The notes beneath the pieces were generated by a model. That model did not search any database. It had not been told where the DNA came from and saw nothing but the letters and a program-made list of their open reading frames with translations. From NCBI GenBank assembly GCA_963811105.1, contig CAWEPZ010000011.1:1216001-1280000 (forward strand): a stretch of DNA of 64,000 bases, read 5' to 3'. This DNA comes from Candidatus Bathyarchaeota archaeon (lineage in GTDB: Archaea; Thermoproteota; Bathyarchaeia; Bathyarchaeales; Bathycorpusculaceae). The position numbers and the translations under genes were made by a program. Numbering within the stretch: position 1 is the stretch's first letter; each line of letters starts with the position of its first letter. Below are positions 16,814 through 26,596 of this stretch, in pieces.

Positions 16814-17544
16814 CTAAACTTCAGCTGTTTCCTTTAATTATCAATTTTTCCGCATATTCGCTGATCCATTGAATACAGCGGGTTAGTAATTGACCCGAGT
16901 ATGCTTTGTGGTTTCAAATTTGAAATAATTGACACATTGGAGAATAAATCTATAATCCTTCAATGTCCCTCTGAAATGCATGAGATGATATAGTTAATTC
17001 GAACTGTAGGCCGCTATGCCTCTCTTGATCTAGCGAGCAAATGACAATCTAATCTGTTCTTCAAGCAAGTGTATCTAAACTGTCGTTGATTGCTGGCAAA
17101 AAACGTTCGAAAGGATGATAGTGTTTATGATTGCGCGCAGTCAACATGGGCTTCCTGTAGTTGGAGAAATCCTGGGACCTTCTATGCACAGTTATTTTGT
17201 TCAGGGCTGGACAAGAGGGGAGCCATTGGGGTCCACTCATGCCGGTAGGCTAGAATCATCGAAATGCACTGCTTTTGATTGATACCAAGGATTAATGCTT
17301 TAGGCTTTCAACTTGCAAATGGCAAAATCTCAAGCAATGATGAAGCGAAACGCTTACAGCTGACCTATTTGATGATCCCGGTTCTCTGTTGCCAGAGGTA
17401 GGCGGTCCAAACGGTATCACCTTAAAGACAGATGGGTGAGTTTGAACCGTCAAAGTTAAGTGCTGAAGATATGAAGTACACAACAATCCAACAGGTTCTG
17501 CAGAAACTGCAAAAGCGCCATGCACCACTTGCAAGAAACTAGAT

Positions 17545-18111
17545 TTATTCGGTGTAAACAGGTTGGTCGGCTAATTTAGCCAAGGCTATGTATCGTTGCT
17601 GAACAATTTCATGTAGCTGGTTGCGTAATTCCTCTCCAACCACTACATTTCTTTGCTTTAACAATCCAATCTTTTTGACTAATTCAATGTCACCAATTCC
17701 GTTAATCCACACTTCGAAGTCTCCGCGTTTTGTATGGAACTCTATCGACGCAAGGTCGGCTTTTGTAAGTTTGTTCGCAAAATCTCGAATGTTATGGGCG
17801 TGCAAATTTAGTGGTTTGCCAACATCCAAGTAGAATTGGAATGCTTTGTCATGCGGCGCATAAGCTAGTATAGCTGTTGCTTTTTCCTTGGTTGTCTCAG
17901 GTATACCGAGAGCGGTTTTTCCTTTTTCAGCAATAATGTATTGCCCTTTTTCAGGTGAACTGACATATCCCATGCGGATGAGCCCCAAAAGATGCATCAT
18001 GACTTGAGGAAACTCTTTTTTGGTTTCCTTTGCGATTTCCATGGCTCTCAGTGGTTTTTCGTTAAGAAGCATTGATTCTAGTATCTCTTGTTTGAGAGGT
18101 GATAAACTCAT
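17545..18111 (-). CDS. Winged-helix plus DUF5752-like domain protein
   Basis: N-terminal wHTH; C-terminal AFQFY...SIEFHTKRGDFEVWI similar to the GH57 tail at 32886-33200. Confidence 0.7.
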   Translation of the reverse strand: MSLSPLKQEILESMLLNEKPLRAMEIAKETKKEFPQVMMHLLGLIRMGYVSSPEKGQYIIAEKGKTALGIPETTKEKATAILAYAPHDKAFQFYLDVGKPLNLHAHNIRDFANKLTKADLASIEFHTKRGDFEVWINGIGDIELVKKIGLLKQRNVVVGEELRNQLHEIVQQRYIALAKLADQPVYTE

Positions 18112-18266
18112 TTTCGGTACCATGCCTGCTAGTGCTATGCAATACCATCTAATCAAACTTTGCTTAAATTTCGAATTTTTTTAGGTTTTCAAGTTGTAAT
18201 GTTCAGATAAGTAAAGCTTTAGTATTGATATTCCTAATGCTAATGGTAAATTGGTGATTGCTTAGC

Positions 18267-19517
18267 ATGAAACTGGCTGTTTTCGTTTACGAGTATCCGC
18301 CTAAAATTGTTGGCGGATTAGGAACTTATGCTGCCGAGATAACAAGAAAGTTTGTTTTGGACGACCATGATGTAACTGTTTTTACTATGAATGATGATGC
18401 AGGTTCGTTGCCTACTAGAGAAATTTGGCGTGGAATAGAAATTCATCGGCCACTACACATCGACATTTCAGATTCGCTTCCAGATGTTATTGCGGAAGAC
18501 ATCAAGAAATGGGGTAGAGGCTTGCATTTTTTTGGCAAGCTTATGGTTTATAATTATTTATCAGCTGCTAAATTGATTAATGAATTAATTAAGAAAGAAG
18601 GCATGAAATACGACATAGTTGTTGCCCATGATTGGCTTTCAGCAATGGGCGGAATTACTGTGAAAAGAGAAACTGGTTTGCCCTTGGCTTTTCATGTTCA
18701 TTCAACTGAGAAGGGTCGAACCTTAGGAAATGGTTCAAGCGTCGTTAGCAACATTGAATTGCGTGCGGGTAAAATGGCGGATTTGGTTGTTACGGTATCG
18801 TACGCTATGAAAGATGAACTTATTCAGCTTGGTTTCCCGAGAGAAAAGATTCAAGTCAGCTATAATGGTGTTGACCCGCAAAAATATAATCCTGAAAACG
18901 TGTCTCCCGAGGACATTAAACGAGTTAGGAACAAGTACGGCATCGGCGACGATGAATTGTTGATTCTTTTCTTAGGCAGACTCGTAGGCGTCAAAGGTGT
19001 TGATAAACTCATAATGGCAATGCCTCATATTCTAACAAAGATTCCTAAAGCAAAGCTGGTAGTTGTAGGTGTAGGCGAACTTCAAGAATACATGACAAAC
19101 CTAACCAGAACAATGCGCCTTGACCAATACGTAAAATTCTGTTTCGACTTCATCCCAGAAGAAGAACGAATAAGACATTACGCTTCATGTGACCTAGCAG
19201 TTTTTCCAAGCTACTATGAACCCTTTGGCATAGTTGCTCTGGAAGCAATGGCAATGGAGAAGCCAGTTGTCGTTGGCGCAACCGGCGTTAGCGGAATGCG
19301 TGAAATCGTTATTTGTTGTGGTGAAGAGCAATGCGGCTTCCACGTAGACCCGAATAATCCTTCTGATATTGCGTGGGGAGTCATTAGTGCTTTAGAAAGT
19401 CCTGAGATAAGAAAGAGGCTTGGCAAAAATGGACGGAAGCGTGTGTTAGCTGAGTTTACTTGGACTAGAATTGCCAAAAAAACTGTTGCGCTTTACGAGA
19501 CCATAGTGAAACGTTGA
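18267..19517 (+). CDS. GT4 glycosyltransferase (glycogen synthase-like)
   Basis: EYPP...[28 protein letters not shown]. Confidence 0.9.
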   Translation: MKLAVFVYEYPPKIVGGLGTYAAEITRKFVLDDHDVTVFTMNDDAGSLPTREIWRGIEIHRPLHIDISDSLPDVIAEDIKKWGRGLHFFGKLMVYNYLSAAKLINELIKKEGMKYDIVVAHDWLSAMGGITVKRETGLPLAFHVHSTEKGRTLGNGSSVVSNIELRAGKMADLVVTVSYAMKDELIQLGFPREKIQVSYNGVDPQKYNPENVSPEDIKRVRNKYGIGDDELLILFLGRLVGVKGVDKLIMAMPHILTKIPKAKLVVVGVGELQEYMTNLTRTMRLDQYVKFCFDFIPEEERIRHYASCDLAVFPSYYEPFGIVALEAMAMEKPVVVGATGVSGMREIVICCGEEQCGFHVDPNNPSDIAWGVISALESPEIRKRLGKNGRKRVLAEFTWTRIAKKTVALYETIVKR

Positions 19518-19535
19518 TAATAGTGCTGGTGACTC

Positions 19536-20144
19536 TTGACAGCTGACTTAAGTTATAGAGTCGTTAGGGAAGCAGCTACTTTACTTTATTTTGGAGCTGA
19601 AAAAGAATACAAACAAGCTAAAGTAAAAGCTGCAGAAACTTTGGGTACTCATTTTTTGCCTTCCAATCTTGATGTTGCTCTTGAACTGGATAAAATAGCT
19701 GAAGAGAACGAAGGGCCACAGAGAAAAGAGCGATTAGTTCAAATGCGAAATGAAGCCCTAGAAATAATGAAACTTTTAGACGCTTATTACCCTGTTTTAA
19801 TTGGGAGCGTTTGGCGGGGAACAATTAGGCATGGAAGCGATATTGACATCGCCGTCTACATAGATGAGCCAGAAGAAATTGTGAGAATTCTCAAAGCCCA
19901 AGAAATAAAGGTTTCAAAAACGGCTTGGACAAAAGTTAACAAACGTGGATTGACTTCGGCGTCGTTTCATATTTACGCGGAGACTTCAGCTAAATTTGGA
20001 CTTGAGATTGTTGCTCGCAGTTCTGAAGAAGCAGGCAAAAAGAGGAAGTGCGAAATTTTTGGCGATGAAATGAAGGGCTTAAGAGCTCAGGAGCTCGAAA
20101 AAGTTCTTAAAACTAACCCGACAAAACAGTTTCTCCCAACTTAA
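19536..20144 (+). CDS. Pol beta-family nucleotidyltransferase domain protein
   Basis: LIGSVWRG...SDIDI motif with helical N-terminal extension. Confidence 0.8.
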   Translation: MTADLSYRVVREAATLLYFGAEKEYKQAKVKAAETLGTHFLPSNLDVALELDKIAEENEGPQRKERLVQMRNEALEIMKLLDAYYPVLIGSVWRGTIRHGSDIDIAVYIDEPEEIVRILKAQEIKVSKTAWTKVNKRGLTSASFHIYAETSAKFGLEIVARSSEEAGKKRKCEIFGDEMKGLRAQELEKVLKTNPTKQFLPT

Positions 20145-20225
20145 TTATCAATAAACCTTGTTTTTCCATCAAAAAAGCAGATAAATAACCGTTCAATATT
20201 TATTTCTTAAACAAATTGATGTAAA

Positions 20226-20621
20226 ATGGCAACGGATAGGAAAACGCTAAAGAAAATGTTCCCACATCTTTATAAGGAACTTGAAACAAGCGAGAATAAA
20301 GTCCCAATTAATGCAGTACGTAAAGACTCGCTTGAAGCTGAGGAAGCTGCTGAGTGCGAAGAGTGTGAGGAAGAGAAGTTAGCTTCCTGCAATGAAACGT
20401 CTGATAAGCTTCGCCACTTTAGCCCCTCCGCCGTAGATTTCATTCGTCGCTGTGACACAGAAACGCAAGCTGAAGAGATAATTGCTTTTTTGCAGAAGAA
20501 GGGTGAAGTAACCAATGAGTATGCTGAGGAACTGCGGTGCCAGCTTAAACGTGGTGGAGTAAGATGCTTTGGCCCTAAGAAAGAAGAATACTATTACTTT
20601 AGAGAAGGCGGAATTTTCTAA
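20226..20621 (+). CDS. DUF2095-like archaeal protein
   Basis: KKMFPHLYKEL; P.AVDFIRRCDT..A.EII.FL...GEV; GVR.FG.KK. Confidence 0.75.
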   Translation: MATDRKTLKKMFPHLYKELETSENKVPINAVRKDSLEAEEAAECEECEEEKLASCNETSDKLRHFSPSAVDFIRRCDTETQAEEIIAFLQKKGEVTNEYAEELRCQLKRGGVRCFGPKKEEYYYFREGGIF

Positions 20622-20816
20622 GTAACAAGCGTCTTTAAACAACTAAAAAATAATTCTGTAAAGGGTATGCTGCCAAAGGTTCCCGCAATTAAATTGTTAA
20701 TACAATCTTTTTGAGCACTATATACGTGGACTACCTATTGGTTTGCATTGATTTGTGTCGGAAAAACTAATAAGGATAAAGCTTGTTGTAGAAAAACGGA
20801 AAACATTGGTGATATT

Positions 20817-21836
20817 ATGGCAATAAAAGTAGGAATTAACGGATTCGGAAGGATCGGAAGACTTCTTTACCGTGCAGCACTTGAACGGAATGCAAAGATT
20901 GATTTCGTAGCAATCAACGATCTTGCAGATGCCAAGACAAATGCTCACCTTCTTAAGTATGATTCAATCCACGGGCATTTCCCCGGCAAAGTCGAAGTTA
21001 GCGGCAACGACATTATCGTCAACGGAAAAACCCTCAAATGTCTCAGTGTAAGAGACCCAGCAGCACTGCCATGGAAAGACCTTGGAGTTTACTTAGCGGT
21101 AGAATCCACGGGCTTATTTACTAACCGTGAAGGTGCAAGCAAACATTTCCAAGCTGGAGCAAAGAAAGTCCTCATCAGCGCACCAGCAGAAAACCCAGAT
21201 GCAACCTTTGTGTTAGGCGTAAACGAAAAATCATATGACCCAGAAAAACACAATATCCTTAGCAATGCTTCATGCACAACAAACTGCCTAGCACCAATCA
21301 GCAAGGTATTATCTGATAACTTTGGCTTAGAAAAAGGCTTCATGACAACGTGCCACAGCTACACAAACGACCAAAAAATCCAAGACATTGTCCACAAAGA
21401 CCCTCGCAGAGCAAGAGCGGCAGCAATCAACATTATCCCAACAAGCACAGGCGCAGCAAAAGCAATCGGCTTAGTTTTGCCAAGTTGCGCTGGAAAAATG
21501 AATGGATATTCATTGCGTGTACCTACACCAGATGTATCCATTGTTGATTTAACCGCTATATTAGGCAAAGAAGTCACCAAAGACGAAATTAACGAAGCTA
21601 TGAAGAAAGCCGCAGCAGGCCCGCTTAAAGGCATTCTAGAATATACTGAAGACCCAATCGTTTCAACTGACGTACTACACAGCACTTACTCAGCAGTATT
21701 CGATGCTCAATTAACCATGGTTTTAGGTGAAAAAGGCAACTTCGTCAAAGTCTTCGCATGGTACGATAACGAATGGGGCTTTAGCAACCGCATGGTTGAC
21801 TTCATCGAAATGGTCGGCAAGAAAGCAGGATTTTGA
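20817..21836 (+). CDS. gap: Type I (bacterial-type) glyceraldehyde-3-phosphate dehydrogenase
   Basis: [40 protein letters not shown]. Confidence 0.95.
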   Translation: MAIKVGINGFGRIGRLLYRAALERNAKIDFVAINDLADAKTNAHLLKYDSIHGHFPGKVEVSGNDIIVNGKTLKCLSVRDPAALPWKDLGVYLAVESTGLFTNREGASKHFQAGAKKVLISAPAENPDATFVLGVNEKSYDPEKHNILSNASCTTNCLAPISKVLSDNFGLEKGFMTTCHSYTNDQKIQDIVHKDPRRARAAAINIIPTSTGAAKAIGLVLPSCAGKMNGYSLRVPTPDVSIVDLTAILGKEVTKDEINEAMKKAAAGPLKGILEYTEDPIVSTDVLHSTYSAVFDAQLTMVLGEKGNFVKVFAWYDNEWGFSNRMVDFIEMVGKKAGF

Positions 21837-21902
21837 GCCAGCAAACAAACTTAAATCCTTCCTATCTTTTCTTTTTTGATTTAAACGCACGAAGTGAAGA
21901 TA

Positions 21903-23135
21903 ATGGCCAAATACAAAACTTTGGATGATTTTCAAGTTAAAGATAAAGTTGTCCTTGTCAGAGTAGATTTCAACTCAGAAATAGATCCCGTAACAAAAAA
22001 AGTAACAAGCGACGTACGCATTAAAGCACATGCAGAATCAACACTTAAAGAACTAGCTGAAAAAGGAGCAAAAATCGTTGTGTTGGCTCATCAAGGACGC
22101 AAAGGAGACCCAGATTATACCCCTCTGAAAGAACACGCAGCAATATTAGGCAGAATTCTCAAATGCCCAGTAAAATACGTTGATGACCTTTTTGGTGAAA
22201 AAGCAAAAACCGCCATCAAGAACCTTAAAGGCGGAGAAATTCTTGTTCTTGAAAACGTGCGTTCCTGGGATGGAGAAACCAAAAGTGGCACACCAGAACA
22301 ACACAGTAAAACAGAGCTTGTCCAAAACCTCGCACCCCTTGCAGACTTGTTTGTTAACGATGCTTTTGCCGCAGCTCACCGTGGACATGTCTCAATGGTT
22401 GGGTTCACCGCAGTATTGCCAAGCGCTGCCGGACGCATTATGGAGAGAGAACTGAAATGCCTCGGCAAAGCATTGGAGAAGCCTGAGAAACCCTCAGTTT
22501 ATGTTATGGGCGGAGCAAAAGCAGATGATAGCCTTGAAATTAGCAAGTACGTTTTAGGCAACGGCATAGCAGATCACGTGCTGGTTGGCGGTGTAACCTC
22601 ACAGTTATTCCTTGCAGCTAAAGGCGTCGATTTAGGTAAGAAAAACATGGATTTTCTAGCAAAGAAAGAGTTAACAGGCTTAATTCCAGGCATAAAAGCG
22701 CTCTTGGAACAGTACGGCGATAAGGTTGTTTTGCCAGTAGATGTCGCATTAGACGTGAACGGTAAACGCAAAGAAATCCCAGTAAGCAAGTTACCGACGG
22801 AATACTCAATCTTTGACCTAGGCGCAACAACCGTCGAAAACTATTCAAAACTCATCTTAAGCGCTAAATCAATCGTTGTCAGCGGACCAATGGGAGTTTA
22901 CGAAAACAAAGAATTCAACTACGGAACCAAAAAAGTCTTCGAAGCCATCGCAAATAGCAAAGCCTTCAGCCTCGCAGGCGGCGGAAACACCATTGCAGCC
23001 ATACAAGAATACGGCTTAACTAAAAAAATCGGCTACATAAGCACGGCAGGCGGAGCACTCATCGAATTCCTGATGGGGAAGAAGCTTCCAGGCGTTGTGG
23101 CACTGGAAACGGCGACAAAAACAAAGAAGATCTAA
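21903..23135 (+). CDS. pgk: Phosphoglycerate kinase
   Basis: RVDFN, AHQGR, LENVR, NDAFAAAHR, GGAKADD, STAGGA. Confidence 0.95.
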   Translation: MAKYKTLDDFQVKDKVVLVRVDFNSEIDPVTKKVTSDVRIKAHAESTLKELAEKGAKIVVLAHQGRKGDPDYTPLKEHAAILGRILKCPVKYVDDLFGEKAKTAIKNLKGGEILVLENVRSWDGETKSGTPEQHSKTELVQNLAPLADLFVNDAFAAAHRGHVSMVGFTAVLPSAAGRIMERELKCLGKALEKPEKPSVYVMGGAKADDSLEISKYVLGNGIADHVLVGGVTSQLFLAAKGVDLGKKNMDFLAKKELTGLIPGIKALLEQYGDKVVLPVDVALDVNGKRKEIPVSKLPTEYSIFDLGATTVENYSKLILSAKSIVVSGPMGVYENKEFNYGTKKVFEAIANSKAFSLAGGGNTIAAIQEYGLTKKIGYISTAGGALIEFLMGKKLPGVVALETATKTKKI

Positions 23136-23156
23136 TTTTCTTTTTATTTTTGAGAC

Positions 23157-23903
23157 TTATTCTTTTTGTGAATTTGTAATTTCAGCGAAGTCTTTACAGA
23201 TTATCTTAAGGTCTCCTGCAATAATATCGGGTTTCTGCCGGCTGTTAATAAGGTCTTTTACCGTGTTAAATTGTGATGGAACGAACACTGTTTTTAGCCC
23301 TGCATCTTTGGCACCTTTGATATCTTCGATTGGGCTGTCGCCAATGTAAACCGCCTGGTTAGCTGTGACACCCAATTTATTTAGGGCTTCTTGGAATATG
23401 TGTCTGCTTGGTTTTCGCCAACCCACTTCTTCCGAAACCACAATCACGTTAAAACAATCGTTTATTCCCAGTTGTCTAAGGCTCTTGTAGATGACTGGTG
23501 CATGAGTAAAGTTTGAAATTAACCCCACTTTAAATTGCTGCCTAGCTTGCTTGGTTAGTTTTTTTGCTCCTACTCGCAGCTCCAAAGTATCAACATAGTC
23601 TTTGAAGAAAACGTTCAACGCCGCTTTAATTCTGGGATCATCAGCCGCCACCTTAAAGCCCAGGTTCCATAATGCTTCTGACACCCAAACCGCGTTAGTT
23701 ACTTCTTTTAGCTGTTCATACCGTACTTTGCGGTATTTCTCATGCGCCACAATATAGGCTTCCAAAAACTTGTCCTTGGCAACCTCAAAGCCTTCAACAG
23801 CCAATGCCGCGAGAAGTTTTTCTCTTGAAGCTTCCATGGTGTAGTTTCCGCAGTTCACAAGTGTACCGATATAATCGAATATTACCGCTTTAGCGCAAGT
23901 CAT
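23157..23903 (-). CDS. HAD-family hydrolase
   Basis: FDYIGTL, ISN, KP, GDSPIEDIKGA. Confidence 0.9.
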   Translation of the reverse strand: MTCAKAVIFDYIGTLVNCGNYTMEASREKLLAALAVEGFEVAKDKFLEAYIVAHEKYRKVRYEQLKEVTNAVWVSEALWNLGFKVAADDPRIKAALNVFFKDYVDTLELRVGAKKLTKQARQQFKVGLISNFTHAPVIYKSLRQLGINDCFNVIVVSEEVGWRKPSRHIFQEALNKLGVTANQAVYIGDSPIEDIKGAKDAGLKTVFVPSQFNTVKDLINSRQKPDIIAGDLKIICKDFAEITNSQKE

Positions 23904-23906
23904 CTA

Positions 23907-24650
23907 TTACTCTCTCTTTTCCGCCAAAATCACGCATGTTGCTATTTGACCGATTCTTTTTCCAAGAGCCGTCTTGAGTAGTTTGGCTTCGTTGCCAATT
24001 GCGCTTTCTACCTTTGGGTCATAGGGAATTTCGCCAAGGTACTTTAGCCCCAACTTCACTGTTTCTTCTGCGACGTCTTTTGCCTTGTCCATTTTCATGT
24101 TTTCCACTATACCAATAATTGGCATCTTAAGTTCGCACAGCAGCGCTACCTGTTTTTTGACGGTTTCAAACGCCAGCAGCGAAGACGTCGTAACAATTAG
24201 GAATTCTATGCGTTTAATGAGCCTTACCAAATCGAGAACTGCATCGCCGATGCCTGGCGGCATGTCAACTACGAGAAAATCAAGGGTACTCCACTGGGTT
24301 ATTGTTAGGAGCTCAATTAGAGCGTTTGAAGTGTCGACTCCGCGCAGAGGCGCTGGGTTATCGCCGACGAAGTAAACAAGGCTCATGTATTCTAAGCCGT
24401 TGACCGTAGGCGGAATTATACCTTTATCTTCTTTGGGCTGGGTGTTTTTGGCACCGAGAATCATGTGGGTTGATGGACTTGTGAAATCAAGATCAAACAA
24501 GCCTACTTTGCAGCCATTGTGCATAAGAGCTAACGCGAGGGAGGTTGCAACCATGCTTTTTCCAACACCACCTTTGCCGCTTGAAACAGCAATAATTCGT
24601 CTTATTCGGCTTAAACGCTCGTTAATTATGCTTGTCCGTGGGTCAACCAC
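23907..24650 (-). CDS. Mrp/MinD-family ATPase, probable ATPase-type HypB
   Basis: SGKGGVGKS, DMPPG, ENM; DPR N-terminus; no CxxC; directly downstream of hypA. Confidence 0.8.
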   Translation of the reverse strand: MVDPRTSIINERLSRIRRIIAVSSGKGGVGKSMVATSLALALMHNGCKVGLFDLDFTSPSTHMILGAKNTQPKEDKGIIPPTVNGLEYMSLVYFVGDNPAPLRGVDTSNALIELLTITQWSTLDFLVVDMPPGIGDAVLDLVRLIKRIEFLIVTTSSLLAFETVKKQVALLCELKMPIIGIVENMKMDKAKDVAEETVKLGLKYLGEIPYDPKVESAIGNEAKLLKTALGKRIGQIATCVILAEKRE

Positions 24651-24652
24651 AT

Positions 24653-25051
24653 TTATTTGGCTCCTTTTATGTTCTCAAGCCAAACCCCTCGTCCATTAAC
24701 GATTTCAAAATCAGGGCTGCAGCATTTAGGGCACTTAACAAAAGTGTGCGCTACTTCTGGAACAAAATGTATAGCCTCAGCCGTGGCTTTATCAAGCTTT
24801 TTCGGGTTAAACTGCCAAGTGGTTCCGCAAACTCTGCACTTGAGAGAAGACTTAGCCTTCAAAATTCGGAATCTAGTTCCTTTATAGGCATCGGTTTTCA
24901 TTTGCAAAAGAGCAAACCGCAAAATTTGAGGCTCAACTTGTTGAAGCTCCCCAATCCTAATCGTGACCTCTATAACTTCCTTCAATTTCTCTTTTTCAGC
25001 AATCTCTTTCGCTGAGGCGAGAATTGCTTCAGCTAGTGCCCATTCATGCAT
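24653..25051 (-). CDS. hypA: Hydrogenase nickel incorporation protein HypA
   Basis: MHEWALA, GELQQV, CRVC...AIHFVPE...CPKC, GRG. Confidence 0.95.
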   Translation of the reverse strand: MHEWALAEAILASAKEIAEKEKLKEVIEVTIRIGELQQVEPQILRFALLQMKTDAYKGTRFRILKAKSSLKCRVCGTTWQFNPKKLDKATAEAIHFVPEVAHTFVKCPKCCSPDFEIVNGRGVWLENIKGAK

Positions 25052-25425
25052 AAACTAACCTAACTTTAAGCGTCTTTAAAAGAATATTGTGGCAAAATAA
25101 CAATTTGACGAAAAAATAATCAGTATATGCTAAAATAGTAATACAAAAGCAGAGGAACATGAATGAGAGGCATAACTAAACCTTATGGTAAAAAAATAAA
25201 TGGTACAGAGCCAGTAAGATTCCAAAAATGCGGAACCCCTTAGGATATGTTACTGTTTTATCAAATGGATTGACATCTTTTCAGCAACCAATCCAGAATG
25301 TTAACATAATTGCTATCTGCATGGAATGTGCTTATAAGAAAAAATATATGCTGATAAAACTCTGGATAGCGGGTGAACACTAGCTTTAAATCTGCTACAT
25401 TGCTTGGAATAATAGGGAAATTTCT

Positions 25426-25983
25426 ATAGAAAAGCAATTCAAAATTCTCGCTTTTGCTGGAAGCCTAAGAAAAAACTCATTCAACAAAGCCTTGGTTCGG
25501 GCTGCCGTTGAACTCGCGCCAAAAGACGTCTTGATAGAGATTTTTGATTTGGAAGGAATCCCTCCCTTCAATCAAGACCTTGAAAACACTCCTCCGCAAA
25601 GAGTAGTTGATTTCAAAGAGAAAATCAGAGACGCCGACGCCCTTTTGATTGCTACCCCAGAATACAACTATTCAATTCCCGGAGTTTTGAAGAACGCCAT
25701 TGACTGGTCTTCAAGGCCAAAACAAGGCAATCCTCTTGCAGGCAAAACAGTTGCCATAATGAGTGCATCCTCTGGAAGGTTTGGCGGAGCCAGAGCACAA
25801 TATCACCTGCGACAATCTTTCGTGTTTCTAAACATTCACCCAATTAACCAGCCTGAAGTCATGTTATCTGCTGCGGGTGAGAATATTGACAGTAACGGAA
25901 GGTTGACAAACCAACAAACACGGACACTTATTTCACAACTTCTTGAAGCTTTGGTGGGGTGGACTTATAGACTAAAAGTATAG
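25426..25983 (+). CDS. NADPH-dependent FMN reductase (ChrR/SsuE family); apparent non-canonical start
   Basis: KILAFAGSLRKNSFN lies upstream of the first TTG; TPEYNYSIPGVLKNAIDW; in-frame TAA at 25387. Confidence 0.85.
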   Translation: MEKQFKILAFAGSLRKNSFNKALVRAAVELAPKDVLIEIFDLEGIPPFNQDLENTPPQRVVDFKEKIRDADALLIATPEYNYSIPGVLKNAIDWSSRPKQGNPLAGKTVAIMSASSGRFGGARAQYHLRQSFVFLNIHPINQPEVMLSAAGENIDSNGRLTNQQTRTLISQLLEALVGWTYRLKV

Positions 25984-26596
25984 CACAATATAATTATGAA
26001 TTAGGGTTTTGTATTCTAACCAGATTTCAAGAGCTTTGAAATGGTTAAGAAGCACGTTAACCGTTAGGCGTTGAGCTTTGAGAGTCAGAGCTGACCTTTA
26101 GTTCCCCATGCGCTCATCTTGCAGCTTATTAAATGATAGACCAGGAAAACCCATTACTCCTTACTACTGAGGATCTTCTGAAAGAAAAGACAAATTAAGG
26201 AAAGATATTAACGATTTACTGAGCTGGACTTCACTACATCGCTCACTGAGAGTTTTACCTGCGACCTAGTGAATACTTTTTCAACAGTCGCATATGGTTT
26301 GCCTAAATATTTTTTCAAGGATAAAGTCTGAAGGATATACTTATCGGATGAATATGATATTTAATTAGGGCAACTTCAGATTTGATTATCGACAGAACTG
26401 CCACGATTGGAGATTATCATTCAAGCACGGGTTTAAAATCTATCTCAAATATCGGGGTATGTTGATTATGAATGCTGTAAAAACGCTAAATAACCCAACT
26501 CTTAAAAGCTTAAGCCTCCGAAATAGAACGCCTAAAGAACAATAGCTAAACTATCCATTCGGTTTAAGCTTGAGTATAAAGAGGAAAGTGATCTAA

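Noticed and set aside
19536-20621. MNT-HEPN toxin-antitoxin pair
   Set aside because: The neighbour is DUF2095-like with no Rx4-6H HEPN motif
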